This document shows, piece by piece, positions 18,705 to 26,781 of a stretch of DNA of 26,835 nucleotides (within the stretch, counting starts at the first letter, position 1; each line of letters opens with the position of its first letter). The stretch spans positions 1 through 26,835 of the forward strand of contig JBAXKC010000033.1 in the NCBI GenBank assembly GCA_037137535.1, written 5' to 3'. Both the position numbers and the translations under genes were made by a program. The notes under the pieces were generated by a model. That model did not search any database and was not told the DNA's origin. It was given only the letters and a program-made list of their open reading frames with translations. The DNA is from a bacterium. GTDB taxonomy: Bacteria; Cyanobacteriota; Vampirovibrionia; Gastranaerophilales; JBAXKC01.

Positions 18705-18893
18705 ATGAGCAAAATAACTAGAGTCAAATGGTTCAAAATAAAACTTTTATGTCGAAAACTTAGCATTGAAGAAGTAGCTAAGGAGCTTAATATTACAAAA
18801 AAAGAATTAATTTTACTCATTAAAGATAAAAAACAAGACTCATATTTTACCAAATGGGTAGTAGAAAACCTGGGCAAGCCTTACTGGCTGTAA
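18705..18893 (+). CDS. Small HTH regulator (Ner/Cro-like)
   Basis: 62 aa with LSIEEVAKELNITKKELILLI helix-turn-helix; divergent from the repressor and first gene of the early operon. Confidence 0.75.
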   Translation: MSKITRVKWFKIKLLCRKLSIEEVAKELNITKKELILLIKDKKQDSYFTKWVVENLGKPYWL

Positions 18894-18909
18894 TTTAAGG
18901 ACAGAACAA

Positions 18910-20895
18910 ATGAGCGGAGTGGAAATAATAAAGAATAATCCTGTGTGGATTGATGAAAATCAAGCCTCCTCTTTGCTTGGACTAAAAATTGAAACTCTAA
19001 GAAAAAACTGTGCTACAGGTAAATATATTTTTGAAAAAATGAAAAATAATGGTGAAAAAGTTGAGTATAGAATACTTTTAAGCTGTTTACCCGAACGTTT
19101 TCAAAATAAATATCATCAATTTAATTCCACGAATGAAACAACTTTTGACCTCGATATAGATATCATGCTTTATAATAAAGCTCCTAATTGGGCTAAAAAA
19201 CAAGCAGATAAATATATTGTAATTCTTACTAATTCCAGAGGATTAAAAGGCAGAGAATTAAGAAAATTTGTTGAAGAATGGAATTGCCAAAATCCTGATT
19301 TTAAAACTTCTTATTCCGCTATTAATGAATCTCGCTTAAGGTACGAGAACGGCGGAACCTCTGCTCTGCTTGCTCAATATGGTAAAACAGCAGGAGCATC
19401 AAAAATAGAGGATAAATATTTTGAATATTTTAAAAACCTTTATCTTGTAGAAGGGGCTCCCTCTGTTTACTCCTGCTGGCTTATAACTCTTGGCTATGCA
19501 ATGAGAGAAGAAGGACTTACAAAAGAACAATTCCCTAAACATTTAAGTTTTAAAAGAAGATTAGAACGTGAAATTCCTACATCTTCAATATATTTAGCAA
19601 GATACGGATACTCAAAATGGAATAAAAAGTTCGCAAACTATGTTGAAAGAGACTATTCTGCCATTAGATGTGGCTCTGTTTGGGTAGCTGACCATGCTCA
19701 AATAGACATAGCCTGTGAAAACCTTGATGGAAAAGTTAGTTATCCCTGGGTTACTGCTTGGCGTTGTTTTAAATCAGGCAAATGGCTTGGCTGGATATTA
19801 CAGCCTAATAATCCAAACTCAGACCATATATTTCAATCATTCTATTATTCGGCAAGTGAATACGGAATTCCTGACGACGTGATTATAGATAATGGCAGAG
19901 ATTTTAGAGCAAAAGATTTCGCCGGCGGAAGAAAATATATTAAAATAAATGCGGACGAACCCTCAACAACTGCAATGCTTGGAAAACTGGGAGTTATTCC
20001 ACATTTTGCACTTCCGTATAATGCTCAAACTAAACCTATTGAAAGAGATTTCCTTAAAATTAAAGAGCTTTTATCAAAGCACGCTGTCGGATATAGAGGC
20101 GGAAACGTTACAGAACGCCCTGAAAAACTTAAAAAAGAAATAGCACAGGGCAAAATATTAAAATTTGAAGAATTTAAAGAAATCTTTGACGATTTTATTG
20201 TCAATGTATTTAATAAAATGAATTCTAACGGTAAAAATCACAAAGGCAAATCCCCTGATGAACTCTTTGCCCTTGAATTTACCGAAAAAAGAGTTGTTTC
20301 AAAAGATGCTTTAATCCTTTTCTGTAAAAGAACTTCAAGAGAATTAACCATTACTCAAAACGGAGTAAGAGATTCCGAACTTGAAATTACATACTGGGCT
20401 GATTGGATGCTCGGTGTTAAAGGCGAAAAAGCATATTTAAGACGTGATGCAAAAAATTATAACGAAGCCTGGATATTTAAAGCTTCTAATGATGAATTAT
20501 TAGGAACGGCATATGTAAAAGAACTTGCTCCTGCATTAGCTAAAGAGCCTGTTTCAAAGGACAGGTTCAAAGAATTTATCTGCGATAAAAAACGTGGAAG
20601 AAAAATTGAAAAAGCTTACTCTCAAAATGAAGAAGTTGAGCTTAATGAAAAAATACTCAATTATAAAACTGTTTTAGGCGATAAAGAATATCTTCTGAAT
20701 CCTAAAATAAATAAAATAGCCAATACTGCTATGGATAAAGCAGTCAGAAAACAAAAAAACAACGAGAAAATAGGGACTCACGATTTATCAATATTCCTTG
20801 AAGAACCGCAAAAAGAACAAAAGCTTTATTTGTTTGAAAGCGACAGGGAAATTGAAAAAGCAGAGCAGGAGTATTTAACAAATTATGGATATTAG
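18910..20895 (+). CDS. MuA-like DDE transposase 2
   Basis: N-terminal HTH; WVADHAQID, IIDNGRDF, KPIERDF triad; canonical c-ner-A-B position. Confidence 0.92.
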   Translation: MSGVEIIKNNPVWIDENQASSLLGLKIETLRKNCATGKYIFEKMKNNGEKVEYRILLSCLPERFQNKYHQFNSTNETTFDLDIDIMLYNKAPNWAKKQADKYIVILTNSRGLKGRELRKFVEEWNCQNPDFKTSYSAINESRLRYENGGTSALLAQYGKTAGASKIEDKYFEYFKNLYLVEGAPSVYSCWLITLGYAMREEGLTKEQFPKHLSFKRRLEREIPTSSIYLARYGYSKWNKKFANYVERDYSAIRCGSVWVADHAQIDIACENLDGKVSYPWVTAWRCFKSGKWLGWILQPNNPNSDHIFQSFYYSASEYGIPDDVIIDNGRDFRAKDFAGGRKYIKINADEPSTTAMLGKLGVIPHFALPYNAQTKPIERDFLKIKELLSKHAVGYRGGNVTERPEKLKKEIAQGKILKFEEFKEIFDDFIVNVFNKMNSNGKNHKGKSPDELFALEFTEKRVVSKDALILFCKRTSRELTITQNGVRDSELEITYWADWMLGVKGEKAYLRRDAKNYNEAWIFKASNDELLGTAYVKELAPALAKEPVSKDRFKEFICDKKRGRKIEKAYSQNEEVELNEKILNYKTVLGDKEYLLNPKINKIANTAMDKAVRKQKNNEKIGTHDLSIFLEEPQKEQKLYLFESDREIEKAEQEYLTNYGY

Positions 20896-21760
20896 AGACG
20901 AATTAAAAATCCTTATGGCTGAAAAGAAATACAGCTTCCAAGCTGTTGCCCGTTCAACCGCCTTATCCCCAACCACTCTTAATATGTGGGTGAATGGCAG
21001 CTATAATGGGAACTCTGAGAAAATAGCAGATATTGTAAATAACTTTATTACTAGAGAAAAAGAAAAATCTCACAAAAAAACAATCCCGTTTGTTGAAACA
21101 TCAATTGCAATGCGAGTTTTTGAGATTGCAAGAATGTGTCATATAAACAGTGAAATAGGTGTTTGCTACGGCTCGGCAGGACTCGGTAAAACCGTTGCAG
21201 CTAAAGAATATACAAAGAATTATCATGATTCAATTCTTATTGAAACTGACCCGGGGTTTAACACTAAAACACTACTCATAGAACTTCATAAAAGGCTTGG
21301 GCTGTCGGCTAAAGGCAATATTTATACTATGACTGATGAAATAATACAAAAAGTCCAAAACTCAGGCAGACTAGTTATTATTGATGAAGCTGAAAACCTT
21401 CCGCATAAAGCTCTTGAGCTCGTAAGAAGAATTCACGATAAAACAGAAATCGGAATCTTGTTAATAGGAATGCCTGCTCTTGTTGAAAACTTAAGAGGCG
21501 AGAAAAACCAGTATGAACAGCTTTATTCAAGAGTTGGTGTTTCTAAAAAACTAGAAAAATTAAATATTAATGATGTAGGGCTTATTCTTGAAACCTTAAA
21601 ACAAGAGAAAAACCTTGCTCTGCCTTATCTTGAACACTCAAAAGGAAATACAAGAGTATTGTCAAAACTGATAAAAAGAGCACCAAGAGTTGCACAGATA
21701 AATAACACAACTGTTTCAACTGCTGTAATAGAAAAAACGTCAAGAATGTTAATAGTATAG
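20885..21760 (+). CDS. MuB-like transposition ATPase 2 with N-terminal HTH
   Basis: SFQAVARSTALSPTTLNMWVNGSY HTH; Walker A GSAGLGKT; Walker B IIDEAE; QLYSRVG arginine finger. Confidence 0.93.
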   Translation: MDIRDELKILMAEKKYSFQAVARSTALSPTTLNMWVNGSYNGNSEKIADIVNNFITREKEKSHKKTIPFVETSIAMRVFEIARMCHINSEIGVCYGSAGLGKTVAAKEYTKNYHDSILIETDPGFNTKTLLIELHKRLGLSAKGNIYTMTDEIIQKVQNSGRLVIIDEAENLPHKALELVRRIHDKTEIGILLIGMPALVENLRGEKNQYEQLYSRVGVSKKLEKLNINDVGLILETLKQEKNLALPYLEHSKGNTRVLSKLIKRAPRVAQINNTTVSTAVIEKTSRMLIV

Positions 21761-21767
21761 GTGATTT

Positions 21768-21899
21768 ATGAGGAATTTTGAAAAAATCGGAATGCTGATT
21801 CTAATAGGTTTGATATTATTCACTTTTGGAATTCAGATTGGTATAAAACATGGTCGTGACTTAGAAAAACAAGAAATTATGGAGGTTTATGGCAACTAG
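21768..21899 (+). CDS. Small single-TM protein (43 aa; not in ORF track)
   Basis: MRNFEKIGMLILIGLILFTFGIQIGIKHGRDLEKQEIMEVYGN; AGGTG RBS; fills the MuB-gemA gap and overlaps the gemA start. Confidence 0.7.
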   Translation: MRNFEKIGMLILIGLILFTFGIQIGIKHGRDLEKQEIMEVYGN

Positions 21900-22317
21900 A
21901 TATGAAATACAAAAGATTCACATGCTTAAAAATGCTTTGAATCTTGATGATGATCTTTACAGAGAAATATTAAACAATTATGGTGCCGAATCCTGTAAAG
22001 AAATACCGCCTCATCTAACAGATGAATTCATCAAATATCTCGAACAAATGGCAATAGAATCAGGCAAATGGAACTTAAAACCAAAAAAGTTTGATGAACT
22101 TGCAAACAGACCTGATATGGCATCACCTAAACAATTAAGGTTAATCGACTATCTATGGAAAATAATATGTGAAAGAAGGGAGAAAGATAATAACTCATTA
22201 AGAAAATTTCTTTATGTAAAATTCAAAGTAAGTGACTTAAGGTTTATCAGCCGAAAGACAGCAAATAAAGTAATAAACGCACTTAAAAATATTGATAGTA
22301 ATTATATTAACGTCTAA
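21889..22317 (+). CDS. gemA: GemA / Mu gp16-family protein (DUF1018)
   Basis: IQKIH..KNALNLDDDLYREIL...SCKE...KQLRLIDYLW...LRKF...ANKVINALK; GGAGG RBS. Confidence 0.85.
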   Translation: MATRYEIQKIHMLKNALNLDDDLYREILNNYGAESCKEIPPHLTDEFIKYLEQMAIESGKWNLKPKKFDELANRPDMASPKQLRLIDYLWKIICERREKDNNSLRKFLYVKFKVSDLRFISRKTANKVINALKNIDSNYINV

Positions 22318-22333
22318 AAAAAGGAGAAACCCA

Positions 22334-22558
22334 ATGGAAATTAAAGACAGAATTACAGGAATTATTTCAAATCAAATTAATGATATTAATGACGAGTTAT
22401 CAGTAACTAAAATCAAGTATGCAGATTTATGTTTAAAAGATGAAGATTGGCATATTAAAGTTAAATTTGAGAAAAAATGTAGAATTCTTGAAGGGCAAAT
22501 AGAAGTATTAGAGCGTATGGCTCAAAATATTGAAGATATATTTGTTCTGGCAGCGTAA
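22334..22558 (+). CDS. Hypothetical helical phage protein (74 aa)
   Basis: AGGAG RBS before ATG 22334 (MEIKDRITG...); lies in the early operon. Confidence 0.7.
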   Translation: MEIKDRITGIISNQINDINDELSVTKIKYADLCLKDEDWHIKVKFEKKCRILEGQIEVLERMAQNIEDIFVLAA

Positions 22559-22559
22559 A

Positions 22560-22611
22560 AGTCGAAACGGGATTTATCCCGTCATATCGTGATGCGGTAT
22601 CTGATGAGACT
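22560..22611 (+). ncRNA. Type II hammerhead ribozyme
   Basis: AGUC (stem II)-GAAA-CGGGA uuua UCCCG (stem III)-UC cleavage site-AUAUCG ugaug CGGUAU (stem I)-CUGAUGA-GACU (stem II). All core nucleotides present; intergenic. Confidence 0.92.
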
Positions 22612-22625
22612 GAGAGGAATCAATA

Positions 22626-22901
22626 ATGAGCGATAAAATATGGCTCGATGACCTTGAAAAGAAACATATTCCTAATGAAGAATTAAGACTTGTTGCTGAA
22701 TACTGCGGATTGAAAGTAGTAGCAGAACTTCTTAAATCTATGCCTGGAGTTGTAATCTATGTCCCAAATCGAGATATTGTTGAATTAAGAGATCAGTATA
22801 TCAGGCAAAAATATGATGGGACAAAAATATCAATGATGGAGCTCGCAAGAGAATTAAGACTATCTGAAAAAACTATTTCTAGCATAATAAAAAAAAAGTA
22901 A
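22626..22901 (+). CDS. mor: Mor/C-family transcription activator
   Basis: LLKSMPGVVIYVP...RDQYIRQKYDG...ELARELRLSEKTISSII; downstream of gemA as in transposable phages. Confidence 0.85.
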   Translation: MSDKIWLDDLEKKHIPNEELRLVAEYCGLKVVAELLKSMPGVVIYVPNRDIVELRDQYIRQKYDGTKISMMELARELRLSEKTISSIIKKK

Positions 22902-22916
22902 CCACTCCAACCTCTT

Positions 22917-22944
22917 ATCAAGGCATCTGCCTTGATTTTTTTTT
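22917..22944 (+). terminator. Intrinsic terminator after mor
   Basis: ATCAAGGC-atct-GCCTTGAT followed by T8. Confidence 0.85.
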
Positions 22945-22986
22945 GATATACTAATTTTGTTTGAATATTAAATAAGGGAATTTCTA

Positions 22987-23262
22987 ATGAATAAAGAAGA
23001 ATTAGTACAAAAAGTAGCAGCTACAACTAACAGCACCCAAAAAGAAGCAGCTGAAATTATCACTGCAACAGTAAATGCTATTACTGAAGCAGTTGCAGCA
23101 GGCGAAAAAGTTACATTAGTCGGATTCGGAACTTTTGAAGCTAAAAAACGTGCTGCTAGAAATGGACGTAATCCTCAAACAGGTGAAACCATTGAAATAT
23201 CAGCTAAAACCGTACCAACCTTTACTGCAGGCAAAGCGTTTAAAGATAGTACAAATAAATAG
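22987..23262 (+). CDS. hup: HU-family DNA-binding protein (prophage-borne)
   Basis: MNKEELV...GEKVTLVGFGTFE...RNGRNPQTGETIEI...P.FTAGKAFKD. Confidence 0.95.
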   Translation: MNKEELVQKVAATTNSTQKEAAEIITATVNAITEAVAAGEKVTLVGFGTFEAKKRAARNGRNPQTGETIEISAKTVPTFTAGKAFKDSTNK

Positions 23263-23276
23263 ATTTTAAAACAACT

Positions 23277-23312
23277 AAAAAATACCGAGATACGCAAATC
23301 TCGGTATTTTTT
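23277..23312. terminator. Bidirectional intrinsic terminator between convergent operons
   Basis: A6-TACCGAGAT-acgcaa-ATCTCGGTA-T6. Confidence 0.9.
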
Positions 23313-23324
23313 GTGTATAGGTTT

Positions 23325-23486
23325 TTAAATGCTTGATAAATCCCCATAATCGGTAATATACATCTGACATTTATTATTTACCACGACAACACGTTTAAAC
23401 ATTGAAGCAGGCAGTTCATAGACATCAAGCACAATTACTTCTTCTTTTTTCTCTTCATTAAAAACTTTATCGCCAAATTCTAACAT
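23325..23486 (-). CDS. Small hypothetical beta-rich protein (53 aa; not in ORF track)
   Basis: MLEFGDKVFNEEKKEEVIVLDVYELPASMFKRVVVVNNKCQMYITDYGDLSSI; AAGGA RBS. Confidence 0.7.
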   Translation of the reverse strand: MLEFGDKVFNEEKKEEVIVLDVYELPASMFKRVVVVNNKCQMYITDYGDLSSI

Positions 23487-23502
23487 GTTTTTTATCCTTT
23501 CA

Positions 23503-23712
23503 CTAAATGGCTACGGGCTTCCAGCCGCATTCTTTTTCGATATAGGCAATTACTTTATTAATATCATTACCAAATTCTTTTTTAGCTTTTTCAAGTTCTT
23601 CGCCTACCGATTCACTGCAGTATAAGTCATATGCCAGTTCAAAAAGTGCTGATTCGGTTGTTATGTAATCTGGTTCTATTAGCCATGTGTCAATCATTTT
23701 ATATGTTTTCAT
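23503..23712 (-). CDS. Small hypothetical protein
   Basis: MKTYKMIDTW... start at 23712 after GAGGG; tightly packed with neighbours. Confidence 0.65.
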   Translation of the reverse strand: MKTYKMIDTWLIEPDYITTESALFELAYDLYCSESVGEELEKAKKEFGNDINKVIAYIEKECGWKPVAI

Positions 23713-23714
23713 TT

Positions 23715-23906
23715 TTATCCCTCTACATCTTCCTGCCACATTAGAATTTCAGGGTATAAATCACCGCTAGTCTCATCGTTACTGTATTCTATTTCTGCGA
23801 TTTCACCGATTGCAATGCCACCGATGGCTTTTATTGCGACACCATATTTTTTTGAAAGTTTAGCTAATTCTTTTGTAAATTTTTCAAATCTTTGTTGTTC
23901 GTTCAT
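23715..23906 (-). CDS. Small hypothetical protein (63 aa)
   Basis: MNEQQRFEKFTKELAKLSKKYGVAIKAIGG...; AAGGA RBS; 2-bp gaps to both neighbours. Confidence 0.7.
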   Translation of the reverse strand: MNEQQRFEKFTKELAKLSKKYGVAIKAIGGIAIGEIAEIEYSNDETSGDLYPEILMWQEDVEG

Positions 23907-23908
23907 TT

Positions 23909-24076
23909 CTATTTTCCTTTTTTTACTGATTCTTGCCCTGCTTTATATGCCAGTTCTAAAGCTTCTTTGATATCCCATACTGAATGCTCTTTAAAATCAA
24001 GATGGTCACTGCTTCTGGGTTCAAGCGTTTCAAGGTCTAATATTTCTTTAGCTATCTTTAAAAGTTTTTTATTCAT
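23909..24076 (-). CDS. DUF6900-like small phage protein (55 aa; not in ORF track)
   Basis: MNKKLLKIAKEILDLETLEPRSSDHLDFKEHSVWDIKEALELAYKAGQESVKKGK matches the IA...ETLE.R.SD.LDF....VW....ALE.AY.AG pattern; AGGAG RBS. Confidence 0.8.
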   Translation of the reverse strand: MNKKLLKIAKEILDLETLEPRSSDHLDFKEHSVWDIKEALELAYKAGQESVKKGK

Positions 24077-24158
24077 TTTTAGCTCCTGTATTATCTACAA
24101 TGACAGATTACCTTGACAATCTCACAATGTGTCATCAATGGCGGAAGCTTGAAACAAT

Positions 24159-24479
24159 TCAACACAATATTTTTTCCGTTAATTCTTTTAATTTTTTAAT
24201 ATCGTCTTTAAATTCCTTTTCAGCAGATGTTGGGCTGTTTCTGTATTCGAGGTTATATGCCAGGTTATTAGAAGTTTTCATTATTGAATGGGGTATTGAG
24301 TAAATAATATTCCACTCATCATTTTTTAGAACCGATGCCTTTGCGTAGCATTGGTTTTCGTAAGAATCTGACTTTATATCAATTTTAATTTTCTTATCTT
24401 GAAGGATATAAATTTCCCTGTAGGAAATAGATTGGGAGTTTGATTTGTAGCATATTTTTTCTAATAATTGTGCCTTCAT
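24159..24479 (-). CDS. Hypothetical protein (106 aa)
   Basis: ORF with AAGGA RBS directly following the 86-aa gene. Confidence 0.65.
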   Translation of the reverse strand: MKAQLLEKICYKSNSQSISYREIYILQDKKIKIDIKSDSYENQCYAKASVLKNDEWNIIYSIPHSIMKTSNNLAYNLEYRNSPTSAEKEFKDDIKKLKELTEKILC

Positions 24480-24493
24480 TCTCTTTTCCTTTA

Positions 24494-24754
24494 TTAATCT
24501 ATTAAAAAACTTGCAGGGATATTTAAGGCTTTAAAATCTTTTTCGGTTAAATCCCCATAAAGGCGAGCCTGTTTAATTTCAGCTATCGGCATCAGGTTAT
24601 CGAGGTTTGTTGCGTATAATTTGCCGTTTGTGTCGACTACCTTAGCCCCTGTGGCATCAGCTGCGTCAACATAGCCGAGGTTGTAAGTATTAATTAATAT
24701 TCCGATACTTTGTCTTTTATAATCGTAAACCTTTGTTCCGTATGCGATATCCAT
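24494..24754 (-). CDS. Hypothetical beta-rich protein (86 aa)
   Basis: AGGAG RBS; N-terminal half resembles the 53-aa protein at 23325-23486. Confidence 0.7.
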   Translation of the reverse strand: MDIAYGTKVYDYKRQSIGILINTYNLGYVDAADATGAKVVDTNGKLYATNLDNLMPIAEIKQARLYGDLTEKDFKALNIPASFLID

Positions 24755-24861
24755 TTTTTAACTCCTGTATTATTTGCTAACAATTACAGATTAGCTTGCA
24801 ACTCTCATAATGGAAGCCCATACTAGGAAGTATGAGCTCATTTCGTATCAATCGAACACAG

Positions 24862-25257
24862 TTATTTTTCCCAAGCCCAAGTCTTGATTTCAAAGTTTGC
24901 TCTTTCTCTAGTGTCAGTGTGAACGAATTTAGATTTATCGTATCTAATAACAGTAGAAAATAGCTTAGAGGCAACAGCTTCGGCGTATAAGACTTTGTAA
25001 TCCAAATCAGGTGAAGTAATGTCAAAGGCGATACCTAGCAGATGCTCGCTGTTTACAACTCCACCGACTTCTTTATTATGCTTAGGGCAACGAGTTGAGC
25101 AGTTTACGGTTATTCTGATATTTTTTATATATTTATTTTGCAGATAATATTTAAAAGCTTGAATACTAATAACGGCTTTATCATTAACGATTAATTTTCC
25201 GCAGCATCTGCAGGATAGTTCTTTTTCTGTAAAATTTTCAAGATTTGCCTTAATCAT
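24862..25257 (-). CDS. Peptidase M15A-type endolysin
   Basis: NFT.KEL.CRCCG...RCPKHNKEVGGV.NSEHLLG.AFDI...FVHTDTR Zn-peptidase motifs. Confidence 0.9.
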   Translation of the reverse strand: MIKANLENFTEKELSCRCCGKLIVNDKAVISIQAFKYYLQNKYIKNIRITVNCSTRCPKHNKEVGGVVNSEHLLGIAFDITSPDLDYKVLYAEAVASKLFSTVIRYDKSKFVHTDTRERANFEIKTWAWEK

Positions 25258-25289
25258 GTTTTTTCTCCTAAATCTAATTTAAACGTTGT

Positions 25290-25697
25290 TTAAAACTCCT
25301 TTGGAAACAATATTTCATTGTATGTTTTTGCATTTCCGTTTTTAATCTGCTCTGTAACGTTTAGCCATAGAGTTCTTAAATCCTTAACTTGTTGTTTTTC
25401 CTCATCTGTCATGGATTCCCACCTGATGGCAGGATATTTATCAGCCATTGATTGTAAAGCTGTTTCTCTTTTTTGCCTTGTAAAAGCAAGTAATTCTCCT
25501 ATTGTGGGCATAATCACAGGGGCATCGGCAATAATACCGTTATTAATAATATATTTCCCCTGGTTATTTATTAATAATTGATGTTCTTCCTCAGTTATTT
25601 CAATATTAGGCTCAGGAATTGTTGAATATTCAATATCATATGGATAAAACCCTGTTATTATTCCATCTTCGTCGTTATAATGTACTTTTCCAAACAT
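25290..25697 (-). CDS. Putative tail-fibre assembly chaperone
   Basis: Directly downstream of the tail fibre; GFYP...IPEP.IEITEEEHQLLI and a C-terminal helical hairpin (W.....E.KQ....LR..W). ATG 25697 follows AGGAG. Confidence 0.65.
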   Translation of the reverse strand: MFGKVHYNDEDGIITGFYPYDIEYSTIPEPNIEITEEEHQLLINNQGKYIINNGIIADAPVIMPTIGELLAFTRQKRETALQSMADKYPAIRWESMTDEEKQQVKDLRTLWLNVTEQIKNGNAKTYNEILFPKEF

Positions 25698-25711
25698 TTT
25701 ATATCTCCTTA

Positions 25712-26781
25712 TTAATATCCGACAGCAATCCAATAACAAGGAGCTGACCCATCACCTGCTGAACGAGTAAAACCTGTAGCTGATTTTGATGATAAACAGT
25801 TATATTGCCCTGCAATTGCACCTGTACTGTTATATTGAGCTTGCATCAGCACAAACAGACAAGCTGCAGAAAAAGCAATAGGGAATGTTATTGATGTACC
25901 GGTTGAAGTATATCCCCATTGTAAAATTAAACCGTTGGGCAATTTTGTATAACCGTTTGAAGCTAATGAACTTGCAAACTGACATAAATTAACTGCTTCA
26001 GTTGAATTAACGGCATTTGCTACTTGAAAAGCGTTTGAGGGATTGCCTAAAGCTTTTGCATAAGCTGAACCTGCAAGCCCATCAAGAAAATTAGCATTTG
26101 CTTGATGAATACTAGGATCAATACCTGTAATATTTTTAGCTTTAATAATGTATTTGCAGGAGCGGTTTACCATTCTAGTTTCAGGTGCAATTCTTGGAGT
26201 ACCGTTTATTCCATCAGAAACCAGTCCCACTTTATTAGGGAAATTAGCATCAAACCCTGCATATTTAGGCGTAGCAGTTGTTGCGGATTCTCCTGTCCAG
26301 CCTAAGGTATTAGTCGAATCTAGTCCAAATTTATGACCTTGAATGGCATCAAGTTCAACAGTTCCTAATTTTCTGCCTGTAAATATTATGGAAGTTCCTG
26401 TAGCGGTTGCTATTGCATTTGCCGAAATTTTAATACTTGTAGTATTAGCTATTTCTGAAACGGTTGCACCAACAGGTATTCCTGCACCTGAAACAGGCAT
26501 ACCGACAAACATAAATGATGTATACACCAAGCCTGTTATGACATTTGAACCGCTTGTCGTATTTGCGTTAAAAGTTGTTTTATCATATCTTCCAGAATTT
26601 CCCCCGTAATTTCTGAATATTTCATCAGAACAATCTGCAATTTTAAATTTTGTTGTATCAGCATCTTCAAAAAACAGCCCCGAACCAACCATCCCATTAT
26701 TGAGAGCTTTTTGCCATAATTCAGAGTAATCAGCTTTGAAAAGAATTGCACCATTAAATTCTAAATATCCTGCTGGTATTG
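25712..26781 (-). pseudogene. Tail-fibre protein, 3' part, interrupted within its collar domain by an IS end
   Basis: Frame is open upstream of the track ORF: IPAGYLEFNGAILFKADYSELW (tail collar), then LG..E.DAIQGH, ETRMVN...YIIKA and NGYTKLPNGLILQWG (gp53-like tip). An in-frame TAG lies inside the IS-like end. Confidence 0.8.

Noticed and set aside
23892-24303. Plus-strand ORFs 23892-24116 and 24100-24303
   Set aside because: They are antisense to better-supported minus-strand genes with RBSs.
25712-26000. Diversity-generating retroelement or invertible tail-fibre tip
   Set aside because: No reverse transcriptase, template repeat, invertase or second tip copy in the window.
1934-26609. Other short antisense or off-frame ORFs nested in long genes (e.g. 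1934-2224, 4236-4433, 14294-14881, 17964-18218, 19949-20143, 24777-25025, 26102-26609)
   Set aside because: They overlap motif-supported genes and show no recognisable motifs of their own.
26536-26754. 72-aa minus-strand ORF, or a frameshift in the fibre gene
   Set aside because: It is an alternative-frame shadow; the fibre frame itself is open with collar motifs up to 26781.
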